From Candidatus Saccharimonadales bacterium (GTDB lineage Bacteria; Patescibacteriota; Saccharimonadia; Saccharimonadales; 2-12-FULL-41-12), in contig JAYRJB010000002.1 in the NCBI GenBank assembly GCA_041906505.1, forward strand, positions 2,363 through 66,362: a stretch of 64,000 bases of DNA. Direction: 5' to 3'. Shown one piece after another: positions 9,706 through 19,600 of this stretch (position 1 is its first letter; each line of letters begins with the position of its first letter). The position numbers and the translations under genes are program-made. The notes beneath the pieces were generated by a model. That model was not told the origin of the DNA. It saw only the letters and a program-made list of their open reading frames with translations, and ran no database searches.

Positions 9706-10345
9706 AAAAAGGCTGATATTGGCATTGGCGATGCTAGTTGTGGCTACTTTTGTGTTTGTTGGTGCACGGAGCTATCAAAATTCATTCGGTATTCTTCGCG
9801 TGTCCTCAGATGATAGTTTTGAGCTTCGTTTGTTTGTGCTTGACAAGACTGGGCAAAGAAAAGAATCAAGCAGTGAAGTTGTTCGTACCATTAGTTCTTC
9901 TGGAAACTATAAACTAAAAAAGGGGGAATACTCCTACAAAATAAGTGGCGGCCCCGAATATGAGCCTCAAGAAGGACAGCTAACACTTGATGGGGCTGAA
10001 GATATAAAAGTTGAACTTTCCCTTACCTCACAGCGATTAGCAGAAATCAAAGAGAAGGAGCAGAGCAAGGTGGTTGCTGTGCTGAACCAAAAGTACCCCA
10101 CACAAATGAGAGATTATGTGTTTAGCGAGGGTCGTGTATTTGGACGAGGAGATTGGTATTTTGGTGTGCTTGCTCCAAAAGCACTGGAAAAGCAGGACGC
10201 CCTGGTTGTAGTTCTTCAAAACAAAAATGGTTCCTGGGAAGTTGTGACCGACCCCCCAAACATAGTGATAAGCAAATCTGTTTATCCAAATATTCCCGAG
10301 GAAGTATTTGGCTACATTTCGAGTCGCTTTACTGGAGAGGAATGA
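9698..10345 (+). CDS. Membrane-anchored hypothetical protein
   Basis: The ORF is open from 9662. I prefer the GTG at 9698 because GGGAG lies 6 nt upstream, giving VNKKRLILALAMLVVATFVFVGA. Last gene of the operon; it overlaps the recF 3' end by 17 nt. Confidence 0.5.
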   Translation: MNKKRLILALAMLVVATFVFVGARSYQNSFGILRVSSDDSFELRLFVLDKTGQRKESSSEVVRTISSSGNYKLKKGEYSYKISGGPEYEPQEGQLTLDGAEDIKVELSLTSQRLAEIKEKEQSKVVAVLNQKYPTQMRDYVFSEGRVFGRGDWYFGVLAPKALEKQDALVVVLQNKNGSWEVVTDPPNIVISKSVYPNIPEEVFGYISSRFTGEE

Positions 10346-11390
10346 TCTTTGTTTGTTGTGTGAAGCTTTTGACCACCACGTCGGCGTCGGTAGTAGTAAT
10401 AAGTGTTTGGTAGCGACTTAGGTGCTCGGTGAGGGCGCGCCGCCGCGCGCCGTCTAGCTCGCTAAAAACGTCATCGAGGAGGAGAAGCGGCCTTTTGGAG
10501 GTGTATTTTTCTAGAAGCTCCAACTCGATCACTTTGAGTGCAAGTAGTATTGTTCTTACTTCGCCGCGTGACGCATGATTTACTGCCAGGTTTTCACCAA
10601 AATAGACCAACACATCATCTCTGTGCGGGCCGCTACCCGTAAACCCTCGAGCAAAATCAATTTCTTGAGTCTTTTGGAGTTGCTTTAGGAGGCTTGTTTC
10701 GTAGTTCTCTATTGGGCTGTTTGTGTAATATTCCAGCCGAATATCCCTTTTTTGGCCAGCAATCTTGTTGTAAGTGCGAGCAATTTCTTGGTTTAGTGCC
10801 GCAACAAACCCGGTGCGTTTTGCAACAATCTGAGACGCTGTCTCGCATAATTTAAGGTCCCAAACAAAAACTTGCTCTTTTGCGGACTCACCTTTTTTTA
10901 GGAGTGCGTTTCTTTGAGCCACAATTCGGCGATATTTTGTGAGCAATCCTTCGTATCCGTCTTCGTATTTTGCTATAACCCGGTCAATATACTCTCTTCT
11001 TTTATTTGGTTCCGTGAGCAATAAAAACAGGTCATTCGGCTCAAACAACACGGTTGGGTGCTTTTGGGATTGGGGTAGTTTTTTGTAAGTTTTGTCATCA
11101 ACTTGATAGGTTTTTTGTGTCTTTTCGTTGCCCGCTGTTTGCAGTTTTACGGTTCTGGTTTGGTTTGTGTCAGTATGTGTGTCGATTCTTGCCCACTTTT
11201 TACCATACATAGTAAGCGCGTCGTCTTTTGCGCGGTAGGAGGGGCTTCCAGCGGAGAGCATTAATGCCTCTAGCAGATTTGTTTTGCCGGCAGCATTTGG
11301 GCCGACAACAATATTAACACCTTCACCCAAATCAAATGATGCGTCCTCATATGATCGGTATTGCTGCACCCGAATATCTGTAAAAATCAT
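10329..11390 (-). CDS. recF: DNA replication and repair protein RecF
   Basis: 353 aa. Starts MIFTDIRVQQYRSY, has Walker A GPNAAGKTNLLEA and a C-terminal LLLLDDVFSELD. Located downstream of dnaN. Confidence 0.9.
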   Translation of the reverse strand: MIFTDIRVQQYRSYEDASFDLGEGVNIVVGPNAAGKTNLLEALMLSAGSPSYRAKDDALTMYGKKWARIDTHTDTNQTRTVKLQTAGNEKTQKTYQVDDKTYKKLPQSQKHPTVLFEPNDLFLLLTEPNKRREYIDRVIAKYEDGYEGLLTKYRRIVAQRNALLKKGESAKEQVFVWDLKLCETASQIVAKRTGFVAALNQEIARTYNKIAGQKRDIRLEYYTNSPIENYETSLLKQLQKTQEIDFARGFTGSGPHRDDVLVYFGENLAVNHASRGEVRTILLALKVIELELLEKYTSKRPLLLLDDVFSELDGARRRALTEHLSRYQTLITTTDADVVVKSFTQQTKIIPLQ

Positions 11391-11414
11391 CTACTGGTAT
11401 TATGCCACGCTCGC

Positions 11415-12506
11415 CTAGCTCTTAAGAGGCATGATAATGTGTGTGTAGTCGGGGTTTTTTGTGCCTTTAATCACGCAGGGCTCTAGTTTGCCATTGAAAG
11501 ATATCGAGACCTCGTTGTCACCGATAACACTGAGTGCGTCCAAAATATATCTTGAGTTAAGAGTAATTACCCCCTCTCCCGAGATTTGCGCATCGGCCGT
11601 TGCAGTGTTTTCGCCGAGTTGTGATGCGACCGCACGTATCCCAATTTGATTTTTTGCGGGGTCCACCTCTAGCGTCACACTGCCAGCACTTTCTCTCGCA
11701 AACAGACTCGATACTTTTGTAATGTTTGCGAGCTCCGCGCGTGGTAGGGTAGCGCTTACCCCGAATTTTGTAGGGATTAGTTTTTTGTAGTCTGGGTATT
11801 TTCCATCAATTAGTCTTGTGACCAACTCAACATCACCCACCTTAAACAACACCTGTTGGTCATCGTGCGTTACCTCTACCTCTTCTTCGTTGTCGCCAAT
11901 AATTCGAAGCAGGTCTTGTAGGGCGGTTGCGGGGATAAGCAGACTTATGTCGTTTTTAAGCGCCGCCACTTTTTTCTCTGCGAGCCGATAACTATCTGTT
12001 GCTACTAAAAATAGGTTTCCTTGGGTGGTGTGTAAAAAAACTGCAGTAAGTACCGGTCTTGCCTCATCACCGCTGGCAGCCACCACCACCTGTTGAATTG
12101 CTTTTTTTAACTTAGATGAGGCTATTTTCCATTTATCCCCGTTATTTATTTTAGGCATAACAGGGTATTCGTCGGGTGGGGTGCCGTTTATTGTGGAGTC
12201 ATATTTTTCGGTTTTTATGTGTAGTTTTGTATCTTCAACCACAACATCAATTACCCCGCTCGGGAGGCTTGCGACAAAGTCTTGCATCAGTCTTGCTGGT
12301 ACAGTTATCGAGCCCTCTTCTTTTACTTTTGACCCAATGTAGTTTGTGATGGCAATATTTAGGTTTGTTGCGGCGACACACACTCTATTGTCTGATGTTT
12401 TGATGAGCACGTTCGAAAGAATTGGTAACGCGTTTCTTCCCGAAGCAACTCTAGCAACATTACTAAGTGCGCGGTTTAGGTTTTCTTGGGTAACTTGTAA
12501 CTTCAC
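11415..12506 (-). CDS. dnaN: DNA polymerase III beta sliding clamp
   Basis: 363 aa. The N-terminus MKLQVTQENLNRALSNVARVA and the overall pattern are typical of DnaN. Synteny is dnaA-dnaN-recF. Confidence 0.92.
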   Translation of the reverse strand: MKLQVTQENLNRALSNVARVASGRNALPILSNVLIKTSDNRVCVAATNLNIAITNYIGSKVKEEGSITVPARLMQDFVASLPSGVIDVVVEDTKLHIKTEKYDSTINGTPPDEYPVMPKINNGDKWKIASSKLKKAIQQVVVAASGDEARPVLTAVFLHTTQGNLFLVATDSYRLAEKKVAALKNDISLLIPATALQDLLRIIGDNEEEVEVTHDDQQVLFKVGDVELVTRLIDGKYPDYKKLIPTKFGVSATLPRAELANITKVSSLFARESAGSVTLEVDPAKNQIGIRAVASQLGENTATADAQISGEGVITLNSRYILDALSVIGDNEVSISFNGKLEPCVIKGTKNPDYTHIIMPLKS

Positions 12507-12771
12507 TTCATATCCCTTCTATATAACTAATAATGTTTTATTTAAAAGAGTAGGTTTAGTAGAAAGGGTTGGGGAAAAGGTGGAAAAAGAAGAAGTGAAA
12601 GAAGAGAAACGTTGTTTTTGGTTGGGTAAAATTAAGTGCACTACCTGTGTGTAAAAAAGCAAAAACAGACACCTTACCCACAACAAACTACTAACAAAAT
12701 AAAAATCAGTGAAAAACCCAAACTTTCTCCACACCTTCTTCTGGCAACTATCCCCAGGAACAACACAATCA
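12507..12771. promoter_or_regulatory. dnaA-dnaN intergenic region with DnaA-box-like 9-mers and an AT-rich tract (possible second oriC module or DUE)
   Basis: TTACCCACA at 12674-12682 and TTCTCCACA at 12725-12733 each have 1 mismatch to TTATCCACA. GGTGGAAAA lies at 12579-12587. An AT-rich stretch (ctatataactaataatgttttatttaaaag) lies around 12517-12548. Confidence 0.4.
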
Positions 12772-14148
12772 CTACACATACAACCGCTCCTTAATATCCG
12801 CAATCGCCATCCGCACCTCTTGGTCAAAAGCCTTTTCTTTCTCGATTTTTTCTACAGAATGAATAGCGGTGGTGTGGTCTTTGCGACCAAGCTCACGTGC
12901 AATTTTAGGGAAACTTAGGTGCAGCTCACTTCTTAGGATATACATAGCAATTTGTCTTGGTACAACAATTTCTTTGTCGCGTTTTGGCCCTAAAATTTCC
13001 TCCATGGAGAGATGAAAGTGTTTTGCGGTTTTTTCTATTACTTGGCGCGCGTTGAGATGTTTGGGGCGGGATTTTGAGTTTCCAAGCAGCGCCGAGGCAA
13101 CCTCGACAGTTGGTTCTAGGCCACGCATTTCACAAAACGCCAACAATTGATTAAGCGCCCCCTCAAGTTCGCGAATATTGTTTTGGACATAGCCCGCCAA
13201 ATGCTCAACAACATCATGTGATAAACGAACTCGATGTACGTGCGCCTTTGCTTGAATAATTGCGCATCTTGTCTCAAAGTCTGGAGCCTGCATATCAATT
13301 GCCATACCCCACTCAAATCGCGATCGAAGGCGATCGGTAAGGGTGGGGATGTCTTTGGGTCGACTATCGCTCGTGATAATAATTTGCTTATTGGCTTGGT
13401 GCAGGGCGTTGAAAGTGTGAAAGAACTCTTCTTGGGTTTTTTCCTTTCCAGCAATAAACTGGATATCGTCGACAATTAATAGGTCGGCGCTCCTATAAAA
13501 CCCCGCAAAATCAGTGTTCTTTTTATACCTAATTGCGTCAAGAAACTCTTGTACAAACTGCTCAGTCGAGACGTACACAACATGAGCGCCTTTCCTGTTT
13601 TCTACCACCATGTTGCCTACCGCTTGAATAAGGTGTGTTTTGCCGATCCCCACGCCACCGTATAAAAACAGAGGGTTGTACTTGGTTCCTGGATTGTTGG
13701 CGATTGCTTGGCACGCGGCGTGTGCCAGCTCGTTGCCAGAGCCCACAATAAATGTTTCAAAGGTGTATTTCTCGTTTAAACCCTGCCGGTACGAGTGTGC
13801 GAGGCTACTGGTTGTATTGTTGGGTTTTTCGCTTTCCTCAGACGGGGAAGGGCTAGAGCGCAAAATTATTGTTTCGTCTTCAACCTTTCTGTGCAAAGAC
13901 GAGGCTGGAAGGATTTTGTACTCTAGTTCAACGGCTTCCACCCCGTTATTTTTTAGGGTTTGAGCCACAAGATCGCTAAATTTCCGTTCGAGCTGCTGTT
14001 TTACGAAAACGTTCGGCGCTCCCACAACTACGTGATTGCCGTCAATTTTTAACAAGCGCGTGTTTTTGAACCATGTCACATAATTGCCGTGTGACACTCC
14101 TAGCTCAATCTCTCCAAGTACTGCTTGCCAAAGGCTTGCTGTATCCAT
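12772..14148 (-). CDS. dnaA: Chromosomal replication initiator protein DnaA
   Basis: Start moved to the ATG at 14148 (MDTASLWQAVLGEIE...). Walker A GGVGIGKTHL, IVDDIQF, and a C-terminal DNA-binding helix region (HTTAIHSVEKIE). The upstream ORF extension covers the DnaA-box region and looks non-coding. Confidence 0.92.
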   Translation of the reverse strand: MDTASLWQAVLGEIELGVSHGNYVTWFKNTRLLKIDGNHVVVGAPNVFVKQQLERKFSDLVAQTLKNNGVEAVELEYKILPASSLHRKVEDETIILRSSPSPSEESEKPNNTTSSLAHSYRQGLNEKYTFETFIVGSGNELAHAACQAIANNPGTKYNPLFLYGGVGIGKTHLIQAVGNMVVENRKGAHVVYVSTEQFVQEFLDAIRYKKNTDFAGFYRSADLLIVDDIQFIAGKEKTQEEFFHTFNALHQANKQIIITSDSRPKDIPTLTDRLRSRFEWGMAIDMQAPDFETRCAIIQAKAHVHRVRLSHDVVEHLAGYVQNNIRELEGALNQLLAFCEMRGLEPTVEVASALLGNSKSRPKHLNARQVIEKTAKHFHLSMEEILGPKRDKEIVVPRQIAMYILRSELHLSFPKIARELGRKDHTTAIHSVEKIEKEKAFDQEVRMAIADIKERLYV

Positions 14149-14466
14149 GTAGTCTTTTGTCTTCCCCTTATGTTTTGAGCACACGTTTTGCTCGTTTCGG
14201 ATACGTCCAACTATAACAAAAAAATCGTAGTTTTCCACAGCCAAGTACAAATTCACTACAAAATTCATCAAAACTCGCCCGAACAGATAGATACTTATAC
14301 ACACAAAGGCAGCACATCTGTTAATGTGTGGAAAAAAGTTGGTGCAAGGTGGAAAACTTGCTAAGATATGGGGGACTAATATTGTTAATTTAACGTAGAT
14401 TCAGCCAAATCTGCGCGGTTTGACGACCGCGACACAAGTGCCCTATAGTCTATAGAGAGAATATTC
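14149..14466. promoter_or_regulatory. Candidate oriC (dnaA-rpmH intergenic region with a DnaA-box cluster)
   Basis: TTTTCCACA at 14231-14239, TTATACACA at 14295-14303, TGTGGAAAA at 14327-14335 (reverse complement of TTTTCCACA), and GGTGGAAAA at 14348-14356. The flanking gene sets are transcribed divergently away from this gap. Confidence 0.6.
14420..14449 (+). promoter_or_regulatory. Putative sigma70-type promoter of rpmH-rnpA
   Basis: TTGACG (14420-14425), an 18-nt spacer, then TATAGT (14444-14449). The rpmH ATG is at 14467. Confidence 0.4.
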
Positions 14467-14604
14467 ATGCCAAAACGAACTCATCAACCCAAAACCAGAA
14501 AACGCTCCAAAGTCCACGGGTTTTTAAAGCGTATGTCGACTAAACCTGGTCGAAACGTTCTTCGACGCCGCCGAAACAAGGGACGCAAAGCCATCTCTGC
14601 ATAA
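14467..14604 (+). CDS. rpmH: 50S ribosomal protein L34
   Basis: Not in the ORF track because it is under 60 aa. My translation is [45 protein letters not shown], a canonical L34 sequence, and it sits upstream of rnpA. Confidence 0.9.
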   Translation: MPKRTHQPKTRKRSKVHGFLKRMSTKPGRNVLRRRRNKGRKAISA

Positions 14605-14651
14605 AATCACAAAGCTAGTTACTTTTTTGTAATTCCTATAACCTAAATAAT

Positions 14652-15011
14652 ATGATCGCGCGCGCTTTTCGGTTTCACGGCTATAACTCGTTGCGTCACG
14701 TATACAAAACCGGATCTGTTCAGCGCACCGAACTGATGTCACTTCGGCATTCACCGTCAAAAAAAGCCAACTATCGACTCGCGGTAGTTGTGAGCAAGAA
14801 GGTTAGCAAAAAAGCAGTGGTGCGCAATCGAATCCGCCGGCGAATTTATGAAGCAATAAGACGTCTGCACAACGAAACGGGCCAAAACTGGTCCCAAGAC
14901 ATGGTGCTGACAGTGTTTGACGAAAAAGTGGCAACCGTTACAGCAGCCAAACTGCAAGAAGCGATAGAAAAACTTCTACAAAAAGCCGACATACTATCCC
15001 GCTCACGCTAG
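14652..15011 (+). CDS. rnpA: Ribonuclease P protein component
   Basis: 119 aa, basic. Contains the RNR-type motif VVRNRIRRRIYEA. Synteny is rpmH-rnpA-yidC. Confidence 0.85.
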   Translation: MIARAFRFHGYNSLRHVYKTGSVQRTELMSLRHSPSKKANYRLAVVVSKKVSKKAVVRNRIRRRIYEAIRRLHNETGQNWSQDMVLTVFDEKVATVTAAKLQEAIEKLLQKADILSRSR

Positions 15012-15135
15012 TGCCAGCCACCAGTGACGTGTTAGGCTATATACATAACACCAACACGCAAGCGCCGAGCATACTTCGGGGCGAGGGGAGCGCAATTGTG
15101 CTTTCATTACGGTGGTCGTGTGAGAAGGAGAGTTT

Positions 15136-16056
15136 ATGTTTCAAACCTATGTCGAACAACCAGTTTTTAATCTCTTAGTGTCCATTTATGCACTAGTGCC
15201 TGGGTATGACTTAGGGTTGGCAATAATCCTGTTCACGATTGCGATCCGATTGGCACTATGGCCCTTGGTTCGCAAGCAACTTCATCATGCCCGAGCGATG
15301 CGTAAGCTCCAGCCAGAGTTAAAAAAGATTAAGAAAGCTGCCAAGGGGGATCGACAAAAAGAGGCTCGCCTCCAAATGGAGCTATATAAAGAGCACGAAA
15401 TACGGCCATTTGCCACTATCGGTACTCTCATTGTGCAGATTCCAATCTTTATTGCTCTCTATCAATCAGTGCTCAAGCTTATTAACAATTCCGACACACT
15501 GTACTCGTTTACTTATAGTTGGGTAAAAAACCTTCCTCATATTCAAGATTTGGCCAATGGAGTTGCACAGTTTGATCCCTATTTTTTGGGTCTTGTTGAC
15601 TTGACCAAGTACGGTTTTCAAAGAGGCGGTGGAATTTATTTTGGAGCGCTCGTGCTTGCTGCCATCGCTGGGTTTACACAGTACAAACAAAGCAAATTAA
15701 TGCTGCACGACCAAAAAGATGCTCGAAAACTATCGGTAATTCTCAAGGAGGCCTCATCTGGTAAGCAAACTGACCAAACTGAGATCGCGGGGGCCGTTGG
15801 GCGGGGTATGGTGTACTTTTTGCCGTTTATTACCTTCATTTTTGCCATGAATGTGCCTTCGGCCTTGTCGCTGTACCTCATCACCAGCTCGGGGGTTGGC
15901 TACCTGCAGCAATGGTTGGTGCTTCGCCAAGACCAAGAGGAGCTTCAAGAAATTGCTGACGAGCCGACCGAAGAAGAAACGAAAGTCGTGAAGCCGAAAA
16001 AACCAAAAAGCAAAGCCAAAAAATCTTCTCAATCGAAAAAGAGGAGGAAAAAATAA
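15136..16056 (+). CDS. yidC: Membrane protein insertase YidC (short Gram-positive/Oxa1-like type) with a Lys-rich C-terminal tail
   Basis: 306 aa and multi-TM. The segment RKLQPELKKIKKAAKGDRQKEARLQMELYKEH is typical of YidC. A strong SD (GAAGGAGAG) precedes the ATG. The tail reads KPKKPKSKAKKSSQSKKRRKK. Confidence 0.85.
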   Translation: MFQTYVEQPVFNLLVSIYALVPGYDLGLAIILFTIAIRLALWPLVRKQLHHARAMRKLQPELKKIKKAAKGDRQKEARLQMELYKEHEIRPFATIGTLIVQIPIFIALYQSVLKLINNSDTLYSFTYSWVKNLPHIQDLANGVAQFDPYFLGLVDLTKYGFQRGGGIYFGALVLAAIAGFTQYKQSKLMLHDQKDARKLSVILKEASSGKQTDQTEIAGAVGRGMVYFLPFITFIFAMNVPSALSLYLITSSGVGYLQQWLVLRQDQEELQEIADEPTEEETKVVKPKKPKSKAKKSSQSKKRRKK

Positions 16057-16550
16057 TGAGCACAAACGACAAAGGCATCGAAGCTTCAATTCTATTTGCC
16101 AAGAAGTACCTCGAAGACCTACTATCATTTTTTGGCCTCAATACAGACGTTCGGGCATCAAACAGCGAAGACGAGGTCATAGAACTCCACGTGCCCTCAA
16201 CGCACCTTAATGGCTTCTTGATCGGCCAAAGGGGCGAAACCATGCACGCCTTGCAGTTCTTGGTTGGTAGCGCTTTAAAAAGCTCTGAATACGAAATAAC
16301 GAGGGTAAATGTCGACGTTGCTGAATATAAAAAGCAACGTGCCGAACGTCTCGCCCAAAAAGCCCAAGAATGGATTAAGCAAGTCAAAGACTCGAACGAA
16401 AAGCTCGAACTAGAGCCAATGAATGCCGCAGACCGCAGAACCGTTCACAAAGTTGCTGGCGAACATGGTATAGAAACAGAATCTGTTGGAGAGGGACGAG
16501 ACCGCCACATTGTTCTAAAGCCTGCCGAAGACTCATCAGAAAAAGACTAG
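16056..16550 (+). CDS. jag: Jag/KhpB-like RNA-binding protein (KH plus R3H domains)
   Basis: 164 aa. The R3H region is MNAADRRTVHKVAGEHGIETESVGEGRDRHIVL. TAATG overlap with yidC. Conserved yidC-jag synteny. Confidence 0.8.
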   Translation: MSTNDKGIEASILFAKKYLEDLLSFFGLNTDVRASNSEDEVIELHVPSTHLNGFLIGQRGETMHALQFLVGSALKSSEYEITRVNVDVAEYKKQRAERLAQKAQEWIKQVKDSNEKLELEPMNAADRRTVHKVAGEHGIETESVGEGRDRHIVLKPAEDSSEKD

Positions 16551-16618
16551 ACACCAGAATTTCGTGTTATTGAAGTAGTAGGCTATACTTTGCCCACAAC
16601 TACAACGAGGCACGCCTT

Positions 16619-19600
16619 ATGCGCAGACTGTTTTTGAGAACGGCAGCCATTACGATTATTGCAATTGTGGGGTGTTTCGTTTTTCATACATCACAGACCA
16701 AAATATCAGCCGAAACCGCGACCTGGACCACTGGAGCCATGCCAACATTAGCGGTCGGCCCAGCCGTATCTGGTCCTCTGCCCCCGCAATGCTCACCAAC
16801 AGACATCACCTATCAATCATTTACAACTACGGCAGGCGCTTTTTCTGCTGTCCCAAGAGATGTAGCCGTTTCGATGTGCTCGACATCAAATTTTATTGCT
16901 GACTACGCCTCTCCGAGTGCTGGAGTCACAAGCTATGGCTACATAAAACCGAAAACCAACTACGCCTACAGAGTCGTAGACGAGCTCGAACGCCCAACAG
17001 GACTTCTGCCAATTCCCAACAGCGGAAGAGCAATTTTTACTCAATCAGACGGCAATGTGAATGGCGGAAGATCTCTTCGTATTCTTTCCAACTTTGCGAG
17101 CACCGGAACGTTTGGTCCAGTGTATGGCTCTCTCAACGAAATGGCCTACAAACTAACAAATCCAGGGCAGCCGCTTAAAGATGGCGCGGGAAATATTATT
17201 CATATGATGGACGGATATGCTTTTTCTGCCAACGGACGGTGGATGATTATTGAAGCTGATAACATCGGGCTTCTCAGAATAGACACCGAAACGAAGCAAA
17301 TGCAGCTCATTAGCACAGAATATTACACATACGGAGGCGGGTTCCGTCCAGTGCTTACGCTGGCAATTAGCGACGACGGCGAAAGTGCGATTCGCAGCGG
17401 AGTTAGCCTCAATAACACAACCGTTTTCGATCTTTCAAACTGCCAAACTACCCCGTTTATTAAAGGATCAAGCACCAATCAAGCCACGGGTTGTGTAAAA
17501 AGGAATGTTCAAGATAACATCGTTGCCCAATTTAGTGGTTTTCGAGCGATGTATGGAATGAAATATAGCGCCGATGGCAAGAATGTAAGTGGCAGAATCC
17601 AACGAACAGGTGCTCTTGGGGTTATTGAGAATTTTTCGATGACATACTCGGTTGCGGGTTATCAAGTTCCACAAACAAGTTATCTTGCGCTGGGAGACAG
17701 CTTTAGTAGCGGGGAAGGGGCATATGATTATGAATCTGAAACAGACCAAAAAACTCCCCCCAACTTCTGTCACACCAGCAAGAATAGCTACCCATATCTC
17801 GCCGCAGCCTCATTGGGTATAACAAATTTTCACAGCGTGGCGTGTAGCGGAGCAAAAAGTACAAACTATCATGAGAAAAGCCAGGCAACCAGTTTACTGT
17901 CTGAAGAAGACTTTACTAAAAGTTGGACACCAGGCATCAAGCCACAGGCGGAGTATTTGAAAAGAGTTAGAGCCAGCGACGCAATAACTATTTCTATGAT
18001 CGGTAACGATATAGGGTTCGGCAACAAGCTAAGAAGATGTATTTTGGCGTCGGACGCCTGCTTTCATTTTCGAGAAGACAGAGAAGCGATCGCGAAAGAA
18101 ATCAACTTGAAGTTTGACAGCCTCGTTAATATGTACGTAGACATAAAAACACAAGCAAGCTCTGCAAAAGTTTATGTGTTGGGCTACCCAAATCTTTTTA
18201 GCGAGGCGGAGGCCTGCGAACCGAATGCGTTGACGGAGTATGAGGAGCGGATTTTTTCCAGGGCAATGGTGCGCTACCTAAACACAACCATAAAGTCAGC
18301 TACCGAAAAAGCTGGTGTGCAATATATTGATGTCGAGCAGGCTTTTACTGGACAGCAACTGTGCGACCCGGGCCGGCAAAAAGCAGTCAACGGCTTTACT
18401 TGGGGTGACAGTGGGCCCATAACAATCGGCCCCTACAGTGGCCCGGTTGGAAACGAAAGCTATCATCCGAACAAGCTCGGACAACAGCTTTTTTCACAGG
18501 CACTCCTTGCACAATCGCAGAGTTTTACAAAACAAATGCCCACGCCAAACTCGTCGGCAAAACCACCAACTATCACATCCACCGCATACACCAATTTGGT
18601 CGATGGAGCACCCAGCGGAAACACAATAAATAGGGGCATTTATTCCGAGCTCGAAGGGCTTGAGGTGTTGATAAAGAACAAGACTACCCCAATTCGACAG
18701 ACCGAAAAAGCGCTAAAAGCTAACAGTGTATATGAGGTTTGGATTAACTCAACCCCAATCAAACTAGGAGATGTCAACACAAATTCCTCCGGTGAACTCG
18801 CGGGAGAAATAGCAGTGCCGCAGAACATTTCTCCGGGGTTTCACACACTTCATGTGTATGGACAAGATATTGCCGGCGAAAACATTGATCTATACAAAAC
18901 TCTGTATGTTGCCGAAACACAAGAAGACATCGATGGTGACGGCGCTCCAAATAATCAAGAGAAGTGTTTGGTAGTTGAGCCAATCAATATCGACGTAGAT
19001 AGGGACGGCAGAGATGATGCTTGTGACGCAGAAATCAGTGACCCGCCAGCGGATAGCACGCCTCCGCAAGTAAGCGGCGCGCTCAACACACAGCCAAATG
19101 CTTTGGGTTGGCTTAATGCTTCAACTACGATTAGTTGGTCGTCTATTGATCCCGAGCCGAGCAGTGGAATACCCACTCAACCCACAAGCACTGAAGTAAA
19201 CAACGAAGGAGAATATGTTGTGACGAGCGATCCAAGCTGTGACCCTCTGAATAACTGTGCAACCGGCAGCATGAATGTAAAGCTTGACAGCACTGCCCCC
19301 ACCCTTGGCACTCCAGAGTGGACCCAGAACCCAAAAAGCATAACTGGCTCAACCAAGATTTCGATACCGGTTTTAGACTTATATTCCGGGGTAAGCTCGG
19401 CGGAATACTTTATTGGTGATAATGATCCAGGATTGGGCAATGGTGCAACAATGCAAATTGATCCTGACCACGCAAGCACTGAGTTTGGGAGCGACTTCCC
19501 AAGTGGTGTATTTAGGATCACCGTGCGAGCAAAAGATTTTGCGGGAAACTGGAGCGAGAATGTCAGCGATTTTCTAGTTGTATATGGGCCCAAAGACTCG

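Noticed and set aside
14149-14304. N-terminal 52-codon extension of the dnaA ORF (track start 14304)
   Set aside because: The extension (MCISIYLFGRVLMNF...) is hydrophobic and unlike DnaA, and it overlaps the DnaA-box cluster. The canonical DnaA N-terminus begins at the internal Met (14148).
15754-16387. 124-aa and 168-aa minus-strand ORFs across the yidC/jag junction
   Set aside because: They are antisense to two conserved syntenic genes. Their Arg/Phe-rich sequence mirrors the Lys-rich YidC tail on the other strand.
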